A program made the position numbers and the translations under genes. Positions 51,201-63,885 of a DNA stretch of 64,000 nucleotides are shown piece after piece. Every line of letters begins with the position of its first letter. Positions within the stretch are counted from its first letter, which is position 1. Below the pieces are notes generated by a model, which was not told the DNA's origin, searched no databases, and was given only the letters and a program-made list of their open reading frames with translations. The stretch is from Polymyxa betae A26-41 (taxonomy: Eukaryota; Protista; Endomyxa: Phytomyxea): positions 191 to 64,190 of the forward strand of contig RBZT01000954.1 of the NCBI GenBank assembly GCA_003693705.1. Direction: 5' to 3'.

Positions 51201-54200
51201 GTCTGCTCTCTAAAATCAGATTTTAATTATACGATGAGTTACGAGAGAAAAGAGACGGAAGGTCTTACGTCGGCGGGATCGTCGTCGTTTCAAGACGTTT
51301 GACATAATCGTGGTTATACGCTGAGGTGCACTTAGATGAGGGGATATCGAGTCTCGGATTCGATCAGAGATTGGAGCCATAGCGGATCGAATGTTGCCGG
51401 ATCAAGAGTGAGCCGTTCCCTGAGAGCAGATATGTCAATCAATAATGAAACCATTCCATAAGTTCAGATACGATGGAAATTGGGCCGCAGAACGATGTTG
51501 CAATCGAACAGTAGATTGCCTGGAACTATCCCAATCAGATGCCGAAAGATAGCGACGTCCGATGACAATGTTACCTTCGACGCTGTTAATTTCAGGAACC
51601 TGTTGCCGACTTAAACCACGTTCTTGAGCCTGAACGTTGACGGCATCATGGTTATGATCGCCCGATGATGAAAGAGGGCGAAGAGAATCACGAGCGGGAG
51701 TAGTGGCAGCAGCGGGCTGACTAGTAGCAGGACTGGGAGTGGTGGCGGTAGACGTCTGAACCTCAGCAGGTCGTGGTGCTGTCCGCTGAGTAGTTTGCTG
51801 CCCAGGCGATGGGCCAACATCGGATTGCGGACTGCGAACAGGAGGTCTGGACGTCTGGGTCTGAGTGGATCCAGAAACTGGTCGGGATTGGGTCTGAGTT
51901 GGGCGAGGAATCTCAACAACTACAGTCTGTGTGGAAGACCCTGATACAGCAGTGGAAGCCGTACTGGAGCTCGCATTGCCAGATGATGATGATGAATGCC
52001 GCGGGGCCGTACTAGATTCTACCGGGAGCCCATCTTCATTCGCGTTCACCTTTCGAGTAGATGAAGATGAGGACGGGCGATTGGCCTTAGATTTTGCTTT
52101 TGGTCGGGAGAGGACAGAAGGAGTCGAACGTGATGGTGATGACAAAGTGCCCGACCTTGATGAGGAATAGGATGACGACGTCGATGGAGTTGTTGGCGTG
52201 GCCGATGACGATGATGGCGTTGTATCAAAAGTCACTTAAGGTGCGATGTCGTCGAGACCGAATTTTCATCGCATCAATTGACTTTGTAACTTTTACATTA
52301 GGTCCATCATTTAAACTATAACCTGTAGATTCGATTGTTTTCGGTTTTATAGTAGAGGCCGATGATATCACGTCACTCAAGGTGCGATGTCGACTAGACC
52401 AACTTTTCAGCGCATCGATTGACTTTGTAACTGTTACAGTAGGTCCACCAGTTAGGCTATGACCTGTAGATTCGATTATTGGCGACGTCGAAGAAGATGA
52501 AGGCGTCGCGTGACTCGGTGGTGGCTTATTCTTCATCATTACCATATATTCTAGATAATCAGCACAATGTGTAGGTATATGATGTGGCACATCAGCAGCA
52601 GCAGATGAAGGCAGCGGGCGACTCGATGGTGGACCACTTTCAACATGGATTTCATGGCCATTGGAACTACGAGGATGCGTTTGCTGTAGACGAGCTTCGG
52701 TGAAGCGCTCGGAAACAGGACCATCGCCGAGCCTGGTCGTGGGCATCCCCGCTTGAGATCCAGATAGTGTTTCCTGATTGCCATTCACTGAACCAGTTCG
52801 TTGCCCCCCTGGTGCATTATCCCGGTCCAGACCTCGAGACTCAACTGCATCAGCGGGTTGATTTCGAGATTTGGAGCCGTCCGATAATGGATTCGATTCG
52901 TCCGCCTTGGCCTTGGAAGTCTCTGTTGGGCGTTTATCATTCGATTCTCGATGATTTTTATCAAGAGATGATTTGTTAAACTTTTTACTGACGAGTCTCG
53001 GAAGATGCCTTTGAAATCATTCAGTATGCTGAGGACAAAACGACGCATAAAGGGTACTTACTTGGCAGTATAATGCCCGAGGACATGATGGATAGCTCGC
53101 TTAAAGAAATTGCTTTCGATATCCTTAGCCAGCTTGCCCAGAAGCTCGTCGGCGTTTGCATTCTGGATCTTGACCCGAACTACGATTTCGAATCCATCCG
53201 CAATCAGCAAAGAGAATTGCTGAACGTAAACGATAGAGCCGGGTTGCCAATCGATACAAATGTTGTGGTCATGGTAACAGCGAAGCGAACTCCATGAACG
53301 AAGAACTCGACAAGATGGTCTTGGGCTTGCTGGCTGTCCCGGCCTTATAATAATGATAGGATAGACGAGCGTGATGGAATGGGCGAGGAATGTGAGCGAC
53401 CTGAGACCCGCGAACAGAGCCCAGAGCATACCACGATGCGGGAGGTTTCTTCTCCAGGTCGTTTTCATTACAGGCATCGTTGATCAACTGAATAAGATCG
53501 ACGGCGTTCACAATGATAATTTCTAACGCATATAGAGGACCGTCGATAAACACTCCAGCAACAAACTCGAAACCTTCTCGAAAACCTTGGAGCATTAGTT
53601 TACCGTCTACCGGACAGCCCGGTATCGCGTTTAGCGCTTCCTCGATCGGTTTAAAAAGAGTTTCCGCAATAATCTTGCCCACGGTTGTTGGCGAGGTATC
53701 ATCAGATCGACGAGCAGAAATTATCATGGCCCGGAGATTGCCTTGGCCCAATTGAACGCGAATTCGGTTGACAACCATATCGAAAGAATCCTCAGGCTTA
53801 CAACCCACAAAATCTGCCATCACCCAGTTTGTGGTTTGATCGTTCAACAAAGCAGGTTGCAATAAACGTTGCTGTAATTGAGAGAACTCGACTGGTTCTC
53901 CCTGAATATTAGCATGGAACCGATTAAAGACCTCGGCGGTCTTCGGGCTGATATCGTCGCACTCGAGAATAAAGCGAGACCAGGCAGCTTTGAGCCAGCC
54001 CTTCTCGGGATCCAGCGAGTACATCAGCCGAGAGATCGTTTGCATCTGGGCTTCATGATTGGAGGTAGAGCCTGTGGACAGAGTTATGTTTCAGAAACGA
54101 ATCCAGTATTGTATCAAGGGATAGCGACCTGCTATAACAGCTGTTGCACAAAGAACAACGAGACCGAAGAATACAGTTATACACGACGAACGAGACATCC

Positions 54201-54336
54201 GACTGATCAGCATTGAAGGAAACACTGCACGAGGCAAATGACAGGACAAGGACATGGAATGACGGGGTTCTTCCAAAGAGACCTTCAGTGACCGGCAAAG
54301 TCCGAGATTGCGGAAATTTTTGAGACTGCTCTTCAC
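48253..54336 (-). pseudogene. Large decayed multi-exon gene: helical N-terminus, S/T/P-rich linker, beta-hairpin repeats, deaminase-like C-terminus
   Basis: Collinear minus-strand ORFs (53269-54045, 52225-52788, 51435-52235, 50172-50489, 49392-50006, 47969-48976) are linked by GT-AG introns. These include mini-exons at 49.0-49.4 kb that splice in frame as ...QQQ|VLDSEKKE. In-frame stops and frameshifts interrupt the gene. Confidence 0.6.
52231..52477 (-). repeat. Coding tandem duplication, 141-bp period
   Basis: IESTGHSLTGGPTVTVTKSIDALKSWSSRHRTLSD versus IESTGYSLNDGPNVKVTKSIDAMKIRSRRHRTLSD. Confidence 0.9.
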
Positions 54337-55071
54337 AAAGTTTCGTGAATGGAATCGCTTTTCAAGGCCAAAGTCTTCTGAATTAGCAATCTCGTGCTAA
54401 TTGAAACCTATTTACAAGTGACAGATTTCCTGCTACATCACGAGTGTGTGCATACAGTTTAACGTTACAGATGCGGAGATGTGTTCTCTTTGTTTAATCT
54501 ACTTATGACCAAAGCCCATAAGCTCATGACTGAGTCATGCAGATTCTTTTGTCAAAGCCAGAGAATGGTCGGATGGCAACTGAAATGTTTCCATTGCCAA
54601 CGGAAAGGTTCTGATCGCATGTGAATAGTGTTTGAATCAGGTTCTATGGAGATCATTATAAGCAAGGATGTATCTCATTATCGGTAGAAAGAAGTTGCGC
54701 TCAAAAGACCTCTGCGCAACGTCCCTCTCTCTCCCACTCTCTTGGATTTCGGTACCTGCCCCGCTGTGAGGCTGGGCCGTCTTTCGAGCTTCCTGCTCTG
54801 CGGATTTAACTGTTTATCCGGACAGCAATGGACTCCCTAAACCGTCGGACAATGATGTATTCATTCCTGTTGGAGACTTCGAAGGTCCACGCTTTTGTAT
54901 AGCCCCCACTTTGCCATTCATGAAGATTGCAACGATGAAGATGAACCACATCTTCGAATACAGGACTGAGTCATTTGACACGTACAGCAGGGCTTCACCC
55001 AAATGACGGCCTGCGATGACAGTCTTATTCCGAACCGCCTGAATGTGAAAGGCAGGCGCTGAGTGCTGTTA

Positions 55072-55203
55072 TCTTCGAACAATTTCCCCATCTACTGTAA
55101 TCCTAAAAGTAACCATAAAACTCCATCAGCAGCTGGATTTTGCGGTCCATATTTCATAGTAAAATTGTTTATTGTTTTTTTCTCGTAACTCCTATCTCCA
55201 TTG
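55072..55203 (-). pseudogene. nad7: NUMT: 5' fragment of mitochondrial nad7
   Basis: AT-rich segment translating INNFTMKYGPQNPAADGVLWLLLGL[cagta]DGEIVRR, versus the Nad7 N-terminus [30 protein letters not shown]. A 5-nt insertion breaks the frame. Confidence 0.85.
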
Positions 55204-55689
55204 ATTTTCGATTTACTAGTGCGAGAAGCTGTTCTTGCAGCCCCTGCACAAACGGATGTATCGCCCACATCGCCTATTAATGGCGTAACAACGCGAATAA
55301 ACAAACAAACAAACAAACGCGAGGACCAGACCCGCCATCATTGCAAGATATTGTCTGCCGACCACCAGAATAACGATGCTGATTGTAAGTACGTGATTTC
55401 GTCCTTGGAATCGGTCTTCGTGCGAGGCGACGCGTTCGGTCCTCTTTAATTGTTTGCGAATGGAAGTCGCACGCCCTGGTTAGCTCCATAGCTGCTTATC
55501 AATTGGAATTTCGTTCTAGAGTGGTTTTGTATATTTTTTCAATCTCTAACATTATTTCGAAACATCGGAACTGTTTCCGTTGAGCTAGATTTATCAATTT
55601 TTTTGATGACTTTAATCAATATCTGCTTTGCAATTTCTGCTGTTAATGACATTGTAATCACAAATGAATGCATTTTGGCATTATGTTTT

Positions 55690-57400
55690 CACCAGTTCAG
55701 GTTTAAACGTCTCCTCTAACGCCATTCGTGTTTAGAGTGAATATTCGCTTTGCTGGGTCCAACATCATCAGCGGTCTGGTGGTTTCAGCAAACCCAAAGA
55801 GTCGTGAATACGCATCGCTCTTGCGTTTACAGTATATCAGCTCGCCTCTTGGATATTCGAATGCTGGTTGGATGCTGTTTTCAAAAGGTTGTTATTGCGC
55901 CCGCTGCGCTGCCTCTCCATTAATTTCTCTTCTCATCTTGTTTTTTCCAACATCACTTTACGTTTGACTTGCTTAATGTTAGAACCTAACCCTACCCATT
56001 CCTGTCACGTTACATAGCGTTTGTTGACTTTATCACGTTAAACGTTTAATTGCATGTTCAATGCGTTCTTTCAGATACCGTACTTGGTAGCAGCACCTGT
56101 TCTCAACGCTATACAGCCAGAATTCAATGATCAAGTTCAACTACTCAATCGGCAGCCTGCTCGTGACTGTGAAATAATACGCGTGGCAATTGCTCTACGA
56201 TTAAAGACGAAGGTTGCGATTCTGTAAGACAGCCAAGCCAATCTGACTTAGAATCTTGGGTTACGATCATGCAAAGGTGATGCGAATCTGAGTCATGTTT
56301 CACTAATAACTGTGGCTCTCTACTGTTTTCATAACTCAAACAAATCGCTGCTGTCGACTCTTCGTTAGGTTGGCGTAATGGGCTCGAATATGACCTGGAT
56401 CTCCAGTGACGAGAGGCAGCCGAAGGTCATGCTCGAGCCTGTCCATCGCTTGTTGCTGCCACCGCTCTGTCTTACATCGCGCTCCATATAAGACCCAATC
56501 GTCAGCTATATCTTGATATCGACCTTGATACGCCGCCCGGTTCTGGTCATTTTGCATTCAGCTATCTATCGATGTTTCTGGTTCCTGGTTTTCAATCGCT
56601 TGGCGACATTCACCGCTTCCATCAACTCTTCCAGTTGGTTTGTTTTCTAATCGCTGAACTTTCTCAAGGTTTGAGGCCATATCTATCATGCCGCTGTGAA
56701 TTGATCTTTCATTTTAATTCGCTTTTCCATTGTGTTCTGCTATCTAATTTCTATATGTCGCGTGGAAAGTTTCCAACAGGCACTGACCTTCATTATAGGT
56801 CGTGGTCTCCTCCGTTTTCATCTCATGATACCGAACCACTCTCTCGGGCCTCTTCATCCGACCTCATCTCCAAACTTTATCGAATAGACAAGAATTGCGA
56901 TCTTAGCAATTAGGCGCATACAACATCCCTTCGAACTCATCTTTGGCCGTAAGTTGTAGCTTATGATGAATTCGCGCTGGTTTAATGGACGTCTAGGTTG
57001 ATAAATCAATCTCGAAGATCAACATGTCAGCGACCATCTCACTGCATCACCCGTATCATTGATGCAATTCTCTTTGAAAGCAATGCGATCTGATCACTTT
57101 GCTTTAACGCATTCGAGTTCTCTGTGACCTCAATTGTATTGCCAATGTGGAAATATTCAAGCATTCGGTGTGTGAGGTTATCGTCAATTCAGACCTAACT
57201 CTCCAGTACGTCCCATCTCCTCTCTCTTTAGATTGTACTCGACGTCATGCTTCACATCGTCGCGGCGTATCTATCAGCTGCAATCAGCGATCGCCGCCTC
57301 CCTCCTCTCTTTCAGATTCTGTTTCTGGACCGCTTTCGAGGCTTTCGCTCCCTGCTCACTTCTCCTGTCTCCCCGAATCGGTGCTACGGCTCTACTAGAT
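55690..57400 (-). mobile_element. Highly degenerate retroelement remnants (gag-like; possible LINE endonuclease start)
   Basis: Stop-riddled minus-strand frames: LEELMEAVNVAKRL and AFKENCI.DTGDAVRW are gag-like, and KRIFTLNTNGVRG at about 55715-55755 resembles the first strand of an APE endonuclease. Confidence 0.3.
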
Positions 57401-60032
57401 TGCATTCAAATCTTTCTTTGTAAGCATCATCTTTATCTGCATTATTGTATGGGTAAAGTCAAAGATACGTCTACTCTTGCAAGTAATTTTTTGTTTTGTT
57501 TTGATACAAATTCAAAATTAACGCATTCAATCCCAATTCAGATTTGCATAGACTCCGGTAGCCGATTGTGCTATGAATGCCACTTGGTGATGTTTTTTTG
57601 GAAGGTTTTCATCGAGTAGATTGACTGAAAGAGTGCGACGACAGGTTGATGATGGCGATGGAATGAGCAAGACCTGTCACAAACCTCAACAAACTTTGAA
57701 CAATGGAGTAAATTCGAAACATTACGAAAGAAATAATCACGAAACAAGTGAAAGTAGACGAGCAGCATGAGTCAACTGAAAATTTCATTCGTTCGTCAGG
57801 GCCAAATGCAAGGCGAGAAAGCGGACCGCTGTATAGAGATGAAAGACACAGCCATCTGCGACAATTTCGTCAGCGTCATCTATCGGATATATCCTGGATT
57901 GCAGGGTGTGATGACCACCATCGAAACAAGATGTGTGATGAGTTGGTCGCAATCAGCTAAAACAGTAATATAGTGACCATGGTTGCGCTCTAATACATTT
58001 CAAACCTGTTACTAACGACTTGTGTGATAAATTACCAAAGATGCATGGAGCTGACATATCACATGTTCACAGTTTACGAGTCAATATCTTCCATATTATG
58101 AAAAACTTCAACGTTATCAGACACTCGAATGCCGGTTTTAGTTTGCAAATTGCAGAACAATGCGGTAATCTCTCCTCCTTGAATGTCTATTGTGCTCTAT
58201 TCTGCCTCTTTTCTCTGCTAAGCTAATGCTCATGGAAATAATTTAAACTCGACATTGCTTCTGACAAACTCTGTAATACTCATGAGGGGTATACTCGGTG
58301 ATTCGGGTCCTATTTCAGCCAGTTTTATTCGCTGCCTTGTACCGGGTCGATCACTCCTCAGGACTGGCCAGCACCTTGACACAATGTTGCAGATTCTTTA
58401 TCAAAGTGGTTTGATATCACAGTCAATGTTTGCGGACTTCGATAACAATCGGTCTATGATGAGAAAATGAGTTTATTGTAGTTTTGAAGAATCATGCTGA
58501 ATTCTCGACCGATCTCATGTTCTTTGTGCGAATCCCAAGAGATGAAGGCCTACATGTACAAATCAGTTTAGAAAGCGGGGAATGCTGCCCATCTATACTG
58601 AGTTGGCTCTGCTGCTGTGAACAACAGCTGATTTCGCCATCGGAACCAACGAATCTCTAACCTTCATATTGTGGCTGGACGAAGCCAGGATAAATCTCGT
58701 TCGGTGAACCAATCCCTTCCTTGACCACGAGATCAATCCAGCAATAGCTGCGGTCAGTGGCAAAGCCATGTTGGCTCTTACGTTATGGACTTATGGTACA
58801 TGATCCGATTCGTGCTTAACAAAAATCGAGCTTGTTATGAAGGTCTCTTCAAGGCTCTTGAGAGAAGCCGTGGCGGCAGTTATCGCTTACTAGGTCGCGA
58901 CCACACAATGCAGGGTGTTCTGTCGCAGCTAAATCGTGTTTCTAAGGATCCCAGCCAAGATTCTCTCTCTCTAGCTGTCTACCCCATCCTTGGCCACCCT
59001 TGACCACCTTCAATGCGCCAATACCTGGTTCGCTGGAAACATTTTCCTGACGACGAAAACTCTTGGGGGTTCGCCACTAACTTCGACGACGACCAGATCA
59101 TCGCAGACTACTGGTCGCGCGTCAAATCGGGCTCACATCCCATCTCGGGAGGGGATGATGTGGTGCCATCACAAACCTTAAAACCCTAGAACCCTAGGTC
59201 TTGGACCACTACGTCGAGGCCGTACTGGACCGCATCCTACCTGATCTTGTTTCTTCACTGTGTCTGAGTGCTAGGTCCCGTGTTCCTGTCTAAATCGCCC
59301 GGTTTAGGGCATGGGTCGAATTCTGACATTGATTTTCTCATTTTTTGCATTCTCCTTTCCATTGCAGAGCGAGGTCTCATCTGCTCGATTCATCGCCGCT
59401 TTCTCACGTTACACAACATCGACATTTCCGACTTACATCAGGCTGACTTAAACAAGACATTCGCAGCAAATAAGCAGGGCCCAGTTCATCGTTCAAGCTG
59501 GCGCTTTCTACAGATTTTGACAAATTGATTGAAAAATATATTTCGTGATGTCTTTGATGTTTTATCAATACAGAAAAGAATATCAACAACGAAAAAAAGA
59601 ATAAACTCGAGCCGGAATCGATCTCGGACCTTTCGATTTTTCTGGTTGGGCTATCACAGATTCGTTTTGCAACGCTACTGGAACTAAATTCAAAGAGGGC
59701 TGGCCGACGAACTGTTAAACTTCTCCAAGCCAAAATCGGTCAGGATGTGCTTTGGCTCCAGAGCTACGGTTATAACTGTCATATAAGTCGAAAGTCTATA
59801 AAGCAGACAAAGAAACACGTTTAGCAACCCTATTCTAGAATTTATTCTACGACAAAGTGGACTCGGGTATGGTAGGAAGATTGAAAAAAAGGTGAGAGTG
59901 CCTCCTGTACCTGGATCGAACCCCTGGTCCGTCTGGTCACAACGGTGAATCAGCCAGAAATTGCCCGCGCTTTTTCTCTTGCGATTTCGTCTGGCAAAAC
60001 GATAGAAAACCTTTCTAAATGGTCAAAGAGAA

Positions 60033-61149
60033 ATGCGCGCGCAGTTGATCATGTCGTTTTCGGTAGAGGCAACAGCGTGGGTCAATCTAACAGTCGCCCG
60101 TGAATGCATCATCTCTTCTGGCTCGTAGTCGCACTGGCCCTGGTGGTCGGGTGGTGAATGGCTCCAGTATCGTAATGACTGGGGCAGGCCCCGCTACCCT
60201 ACCAGCCATACAGCCCCGTGTCGGTGTCCGTGGCCTGAACCTGACACCGGCCGATGTGCAGACCTCCCGCCATCTGCGTCTGCTGAATCCCGCTCTGTCC
60301 CGGACCGAACTGGCCCAGCGCATTCCCGTCACGGACCGCAACAAACAACTCGTGATCTGGATGCGTGACGACCTGGGCCAGTACCTCGACCATCACGGAG
60401 ATATCTGGGAGCGACGTCGTCAATCACGGAATTATCTGATTGGGTGTAACCGGGATCTAGTACGACAGGCTCTCGATAAGTTCGCTGATGCCGTACAGTC
60501 ACTGAATGATCTGACTATGGCGGACTTTCATTCACTGGTGTCTGTGTTTGTCTCACCTGATCATAACCCTAATTCCATACTCCGAGCACAGATGGATATC
60601 ACAGGACAATCTGGAGGCCAGAAGTGGCAGACACTTTGGCCTTCAGAGGCGTTACTATTCACTAATGCTAAGCTAGGGTTTGGTCGGATGGCTCGATCTT
60701 ATGGAATGCAATCGCATTATCTCGGACTGATATCACATTTAGATATGGAGACAAGTCCACATGGACATGTTATGTTACCATGGGAGTTCTTAGAGCATGA
60801 TTTATTACACGCTCAAGCTATTTCTAATAATCTCTACTCTGTAGATGATTGGCCCAGTATCCATCAAGCCTTCGATCTACTACAGAGTAACTCTACCGAT
60901 CCGGAGCGACAGATAGACGATCTCGTGTACTTCTTTCTCACTCCTGAACTGTATGGTTATGTTACATCGGAGGTTCTGTATCGTATCATTGCTGGACGTG
61001 ATGAGATGTTACCATGGCTCGAGAAGATTGTTGCTGATCAATGGCCGTCTATGTTACAGAAATCCATCGAACGTGTCACGAAATTCTGGATGGATCATGT
61101 CCCATCAGCATCTTTATCACATGAACAGCGTGATTTAATGAAACGTTAA
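60033..61149 (+). pseudogene. Secreted HDxxH-motif protein with a +1 frameshift in its signal peptide (or a sequencing error)
   Basis: The ATG at 60033 reads MRAQLIMSFSVEATAWVNLTVA. One extra C at about 60099 separates it from the 349-codon frame (VNA-SSLL...), which contains HGHVMLPWEFLEHDLLHA and LVYFFLTPE. Confidence 0.6.
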
Positions 61150-62299
61150 ATTGGATATCATGTCAGCGTTTTTATGTCAAATATGGATTCCCAATATTCT
61201 AGGGCATTACGGTTTTCGTAGACTTGACAAAATGGCTTCTGTCGTTAATCACATATTCTATTTAATGGCAACATCTGGTTAGAATACGCAATAAGTAGTT
61301 ACAGTTGATAGTTTGTTGCTGCGAAAGCGATCATGTTGGTATGTGAGTATAATGCCATTGTAGTCCGTAGAATCTTGTGCATCAGTTTCGCAGATACAGC
61401 AGAGAAGCTTGGGCGGTCAAAGATATATACGCGTGATGACAATCCGGAAAGGTCGTTCTAACGGTAGGGTTTTGGGGCCAGGGATGTTGGTTGTAGTGAC
61501 AATTAAGATAGAGCTTCGTCTACGTAATGTGAAGGCGATGATTTGTAAATGATGAATTTTTAGAGAGGGAAGAAGCAAAGGAAACTGTTTTGAATAATTA
61601 CGAAATAAACCGCTAGATTAATATCATACAACTTGCCATCACATTAATGAGGGGATCTCTTTTGTCTATGTGCTTTAATATGACCACCAACAGCCTTCTG
61701 CTCACTGATCACGCTGAGGGCCACCAATTGCTTTAACACAGATCAATCAGCAGCCATTTTTGCAGAGCTCGGAAGGTTTAGCCAAAACTTATCATGAATG
61801 ATAGATCTATATGGCGGAGAAGGAGCGCAGCTGCACAGACAACCTTCAACCGTGTCCGGATTTGTATTTATTCCGGTCGGTCCCGTAATGTCAACATGAG
61901 AGAAGATATCATCAATTATAATCTAACAAATTGCATCACATTTGTTTCGTCCTCGGACTGAGTGAAGCTCAACAAACCCGCAGTGTCATACTCCATTACT
62001 ATCAGCAAAGAGCAGATTTATGAAGTGGTAATTTCCGCTCACTATGTTACCCTGATCATTCGGATCTCCGAAACATGCATACAAGTTCGGCACGGAAACA
62101 AAGGTGGGCGTTTTTTGACATATTAGAGCACATAGATTGCAATACTGTATTGATTTATTCCAATGCGGAAAACTGACAGGCAATCAGTCCAGTTTACGTT
62201 TCAGGTTGAGTCTCGAAGGCTGTTGAGTGACCTGTCTCACTGTATGTCAGCCGACTGATTGCCGTGTAGGATTATTCGATCTAATAAGTTGATTTAGTT

Positions 62300-62700
62300 T
62301 GCTTTTCTGCATGTGGAGCATTTCACATAAATCTCTCGCTGTTAGTATCGGGTGAGCTCGGATCCGTTACGAAATCATGTCTAAAATTCTTTTTCAGATC
62401 TCCAGTTCGACTGCTTCCAGCACTTTCATGAAATCGATGCCATTATAGCGTTTGATTACAATTGGGTCTGCCAAATCCGGTCTAACCATAAATCTGAGTG
62501 GTCGAAGTTAGTCGCTCTTTTACTGATAAATCACGATACAGATATTCACAACGGAAAATCCATGATGAGTTTCGGTGTGTAAATCCATGTTTGTTTCGAA
62601 TTAGAAGGATGGGATACGTTAGAGCGGAGCGCTCAAAGATGAAACATTTTGGCCATATCTCGACCAGCTGCTCGTATTTAATTCCGTTTTACAGATATCG
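62300..62700 (-). mobile_element. Possible Helitron/Helentron Rep N-terminal remnant
   Basis: Broken frames LTYPILL...HGF, FPL*ISVS*FISKRATNFD and HPILTARDLCEML loosely resemble Helitron_like_N motifs. Confidence 0.25.
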
Positions 62701-63275
62701 CTGCTTTCTCTCTCGGTTCATACGATACTGTTGCCTTTCTCCGTTTTTTGTCGTTCTAAAGAATGTTGCCTCATGCACTTTTTCTTCTTGTTTTTCCGGA
62801 ATACGGCCGATTCTCATTCTGTACATATTACAATTTACTAATTCATAAACAGGTTTTCTAATTCGAAATGAATATTGGTAACGAATCCATTACAATTTTA
62901 AAAATTCAATTCATCAATGCAAAGTTCAGTTCTTTTAGTTATTTCTAACATTTTCCGATTTGATTTCAATCTTCTCAGATCAAGATAGTATTGTATCGTC
63001 TCTTCTCTTTAAACATTGTTTGGGCTACTAACAAAGTTGAATTCTGGATAGTTCTTATCATACGGTAAAATGTAATGATTGCCATTATAGATGCGTGTTG
63101 CGATATTCATTCAAACTTTTTCCACAACCATCAGCTATTATTTGTCCGAGTTCACCAATTCATCACTTTTACCTGCCAACTTGCTCCATATTCTTTATTC
63201 TCGAATCTATGCCCATGGCTTAGGGACTTCTTTGAAGCCCATGAAGGAGAACATTGTCGCCAGTTTATCATTGCA

Positions 63276-63745
63276 ATGATTACAGAAAACCAAGTGACTA
63301 TGCGGGATCTCAGTCTGAATGAGACGGATTTCCCTTCCTCTTATGTCAATATGTCTCATCCAGATGATATGAAAGAATCCGATAAACCCATCGTCCCACA
63401 ATACATTAGACATCGAGAACCCGCTCATCACCGATTATTATTTCGTATATCTTTTAAATTGGAGAATGGCAAATTTGTCCCCTTTACCTTCGTATGTGAT
63501 ACAGGAGCTCCTTCTGATTTCTATCTTTCTCGTAAAGCCTTATCAATTTTAAAACAAGGAGGACGAATTAAAACTTCTGAACTTGATCAACTTTATGTAG
63601 AGCTGGCGAGGAAAAGGCCCTGGTGAAAGAAACCCCGGTTAATCATGAGCCTGGAAATATCATGGGGCTCTTGATGTTGGAGAAACTTCATCTACATTTG
63701 AATGAGAGACAGTTTCGCTTAACAAAACTCTCAGAATATTTTTAA
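63276..63745 (+). pseudogene. Retropepsin-like aspartic peptidase domain, frameshifted
   Basis: FTFVCDTGAPSDFYLS carries the DTG motif. After a frameshift at about 63610-63620 the frame continues KALVKETP..HEPGNIMGLLMLEKL (clan AA hydrophobic-hydrophobic-Gly motif) to a TAA at 63745. Confidence 0.7.
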
Positions 63746-63885
63746 ATTCTGAATAAAATCACGAGATCTATACGTAATTTTTTTCTATTAATATCCATCC
63801 AACTCGCCAAAATTCTACCAAAAACATGATAGATGTGATAATCGTTTTTATAGATTGAATTTACGACCCTGCTAGGCGTACGAGT

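Noticed and set aside
52990-53300. Several in-frame TGA/TAA codons in a protein-like frame, suggesting recoding or a variant genetic code
   Set aside because: The same gene also has frameshifts, and housekeeping genes here use TAA, TAG and TGA as normal stops. Decay explains it.
48253-54336. Endogenous virus or Polinton interpretation of the long ORF cluster
   Set aside because: No polymerase, capsid, packaging ATPase or integrase motifs are visible, and spliceosomal introns indicate a host-type gene.
54830-54940. Phosphotransferase-like fragment (QSGGYTKAWTFEV..EYIIVR)
   Set aside because: A single short motif with no catalytic loop nearby.
59885-59965. tRNA-like segment on the minus strand (GGTTCGATCC B-box, TCTGG/CCAGA stem, downstream T-run)
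   Set aside because: No pairing acceptor stem or D-arm and a poor T-stem. At most a tRNA-derived fragment; tRNAscan-SE would be needed.
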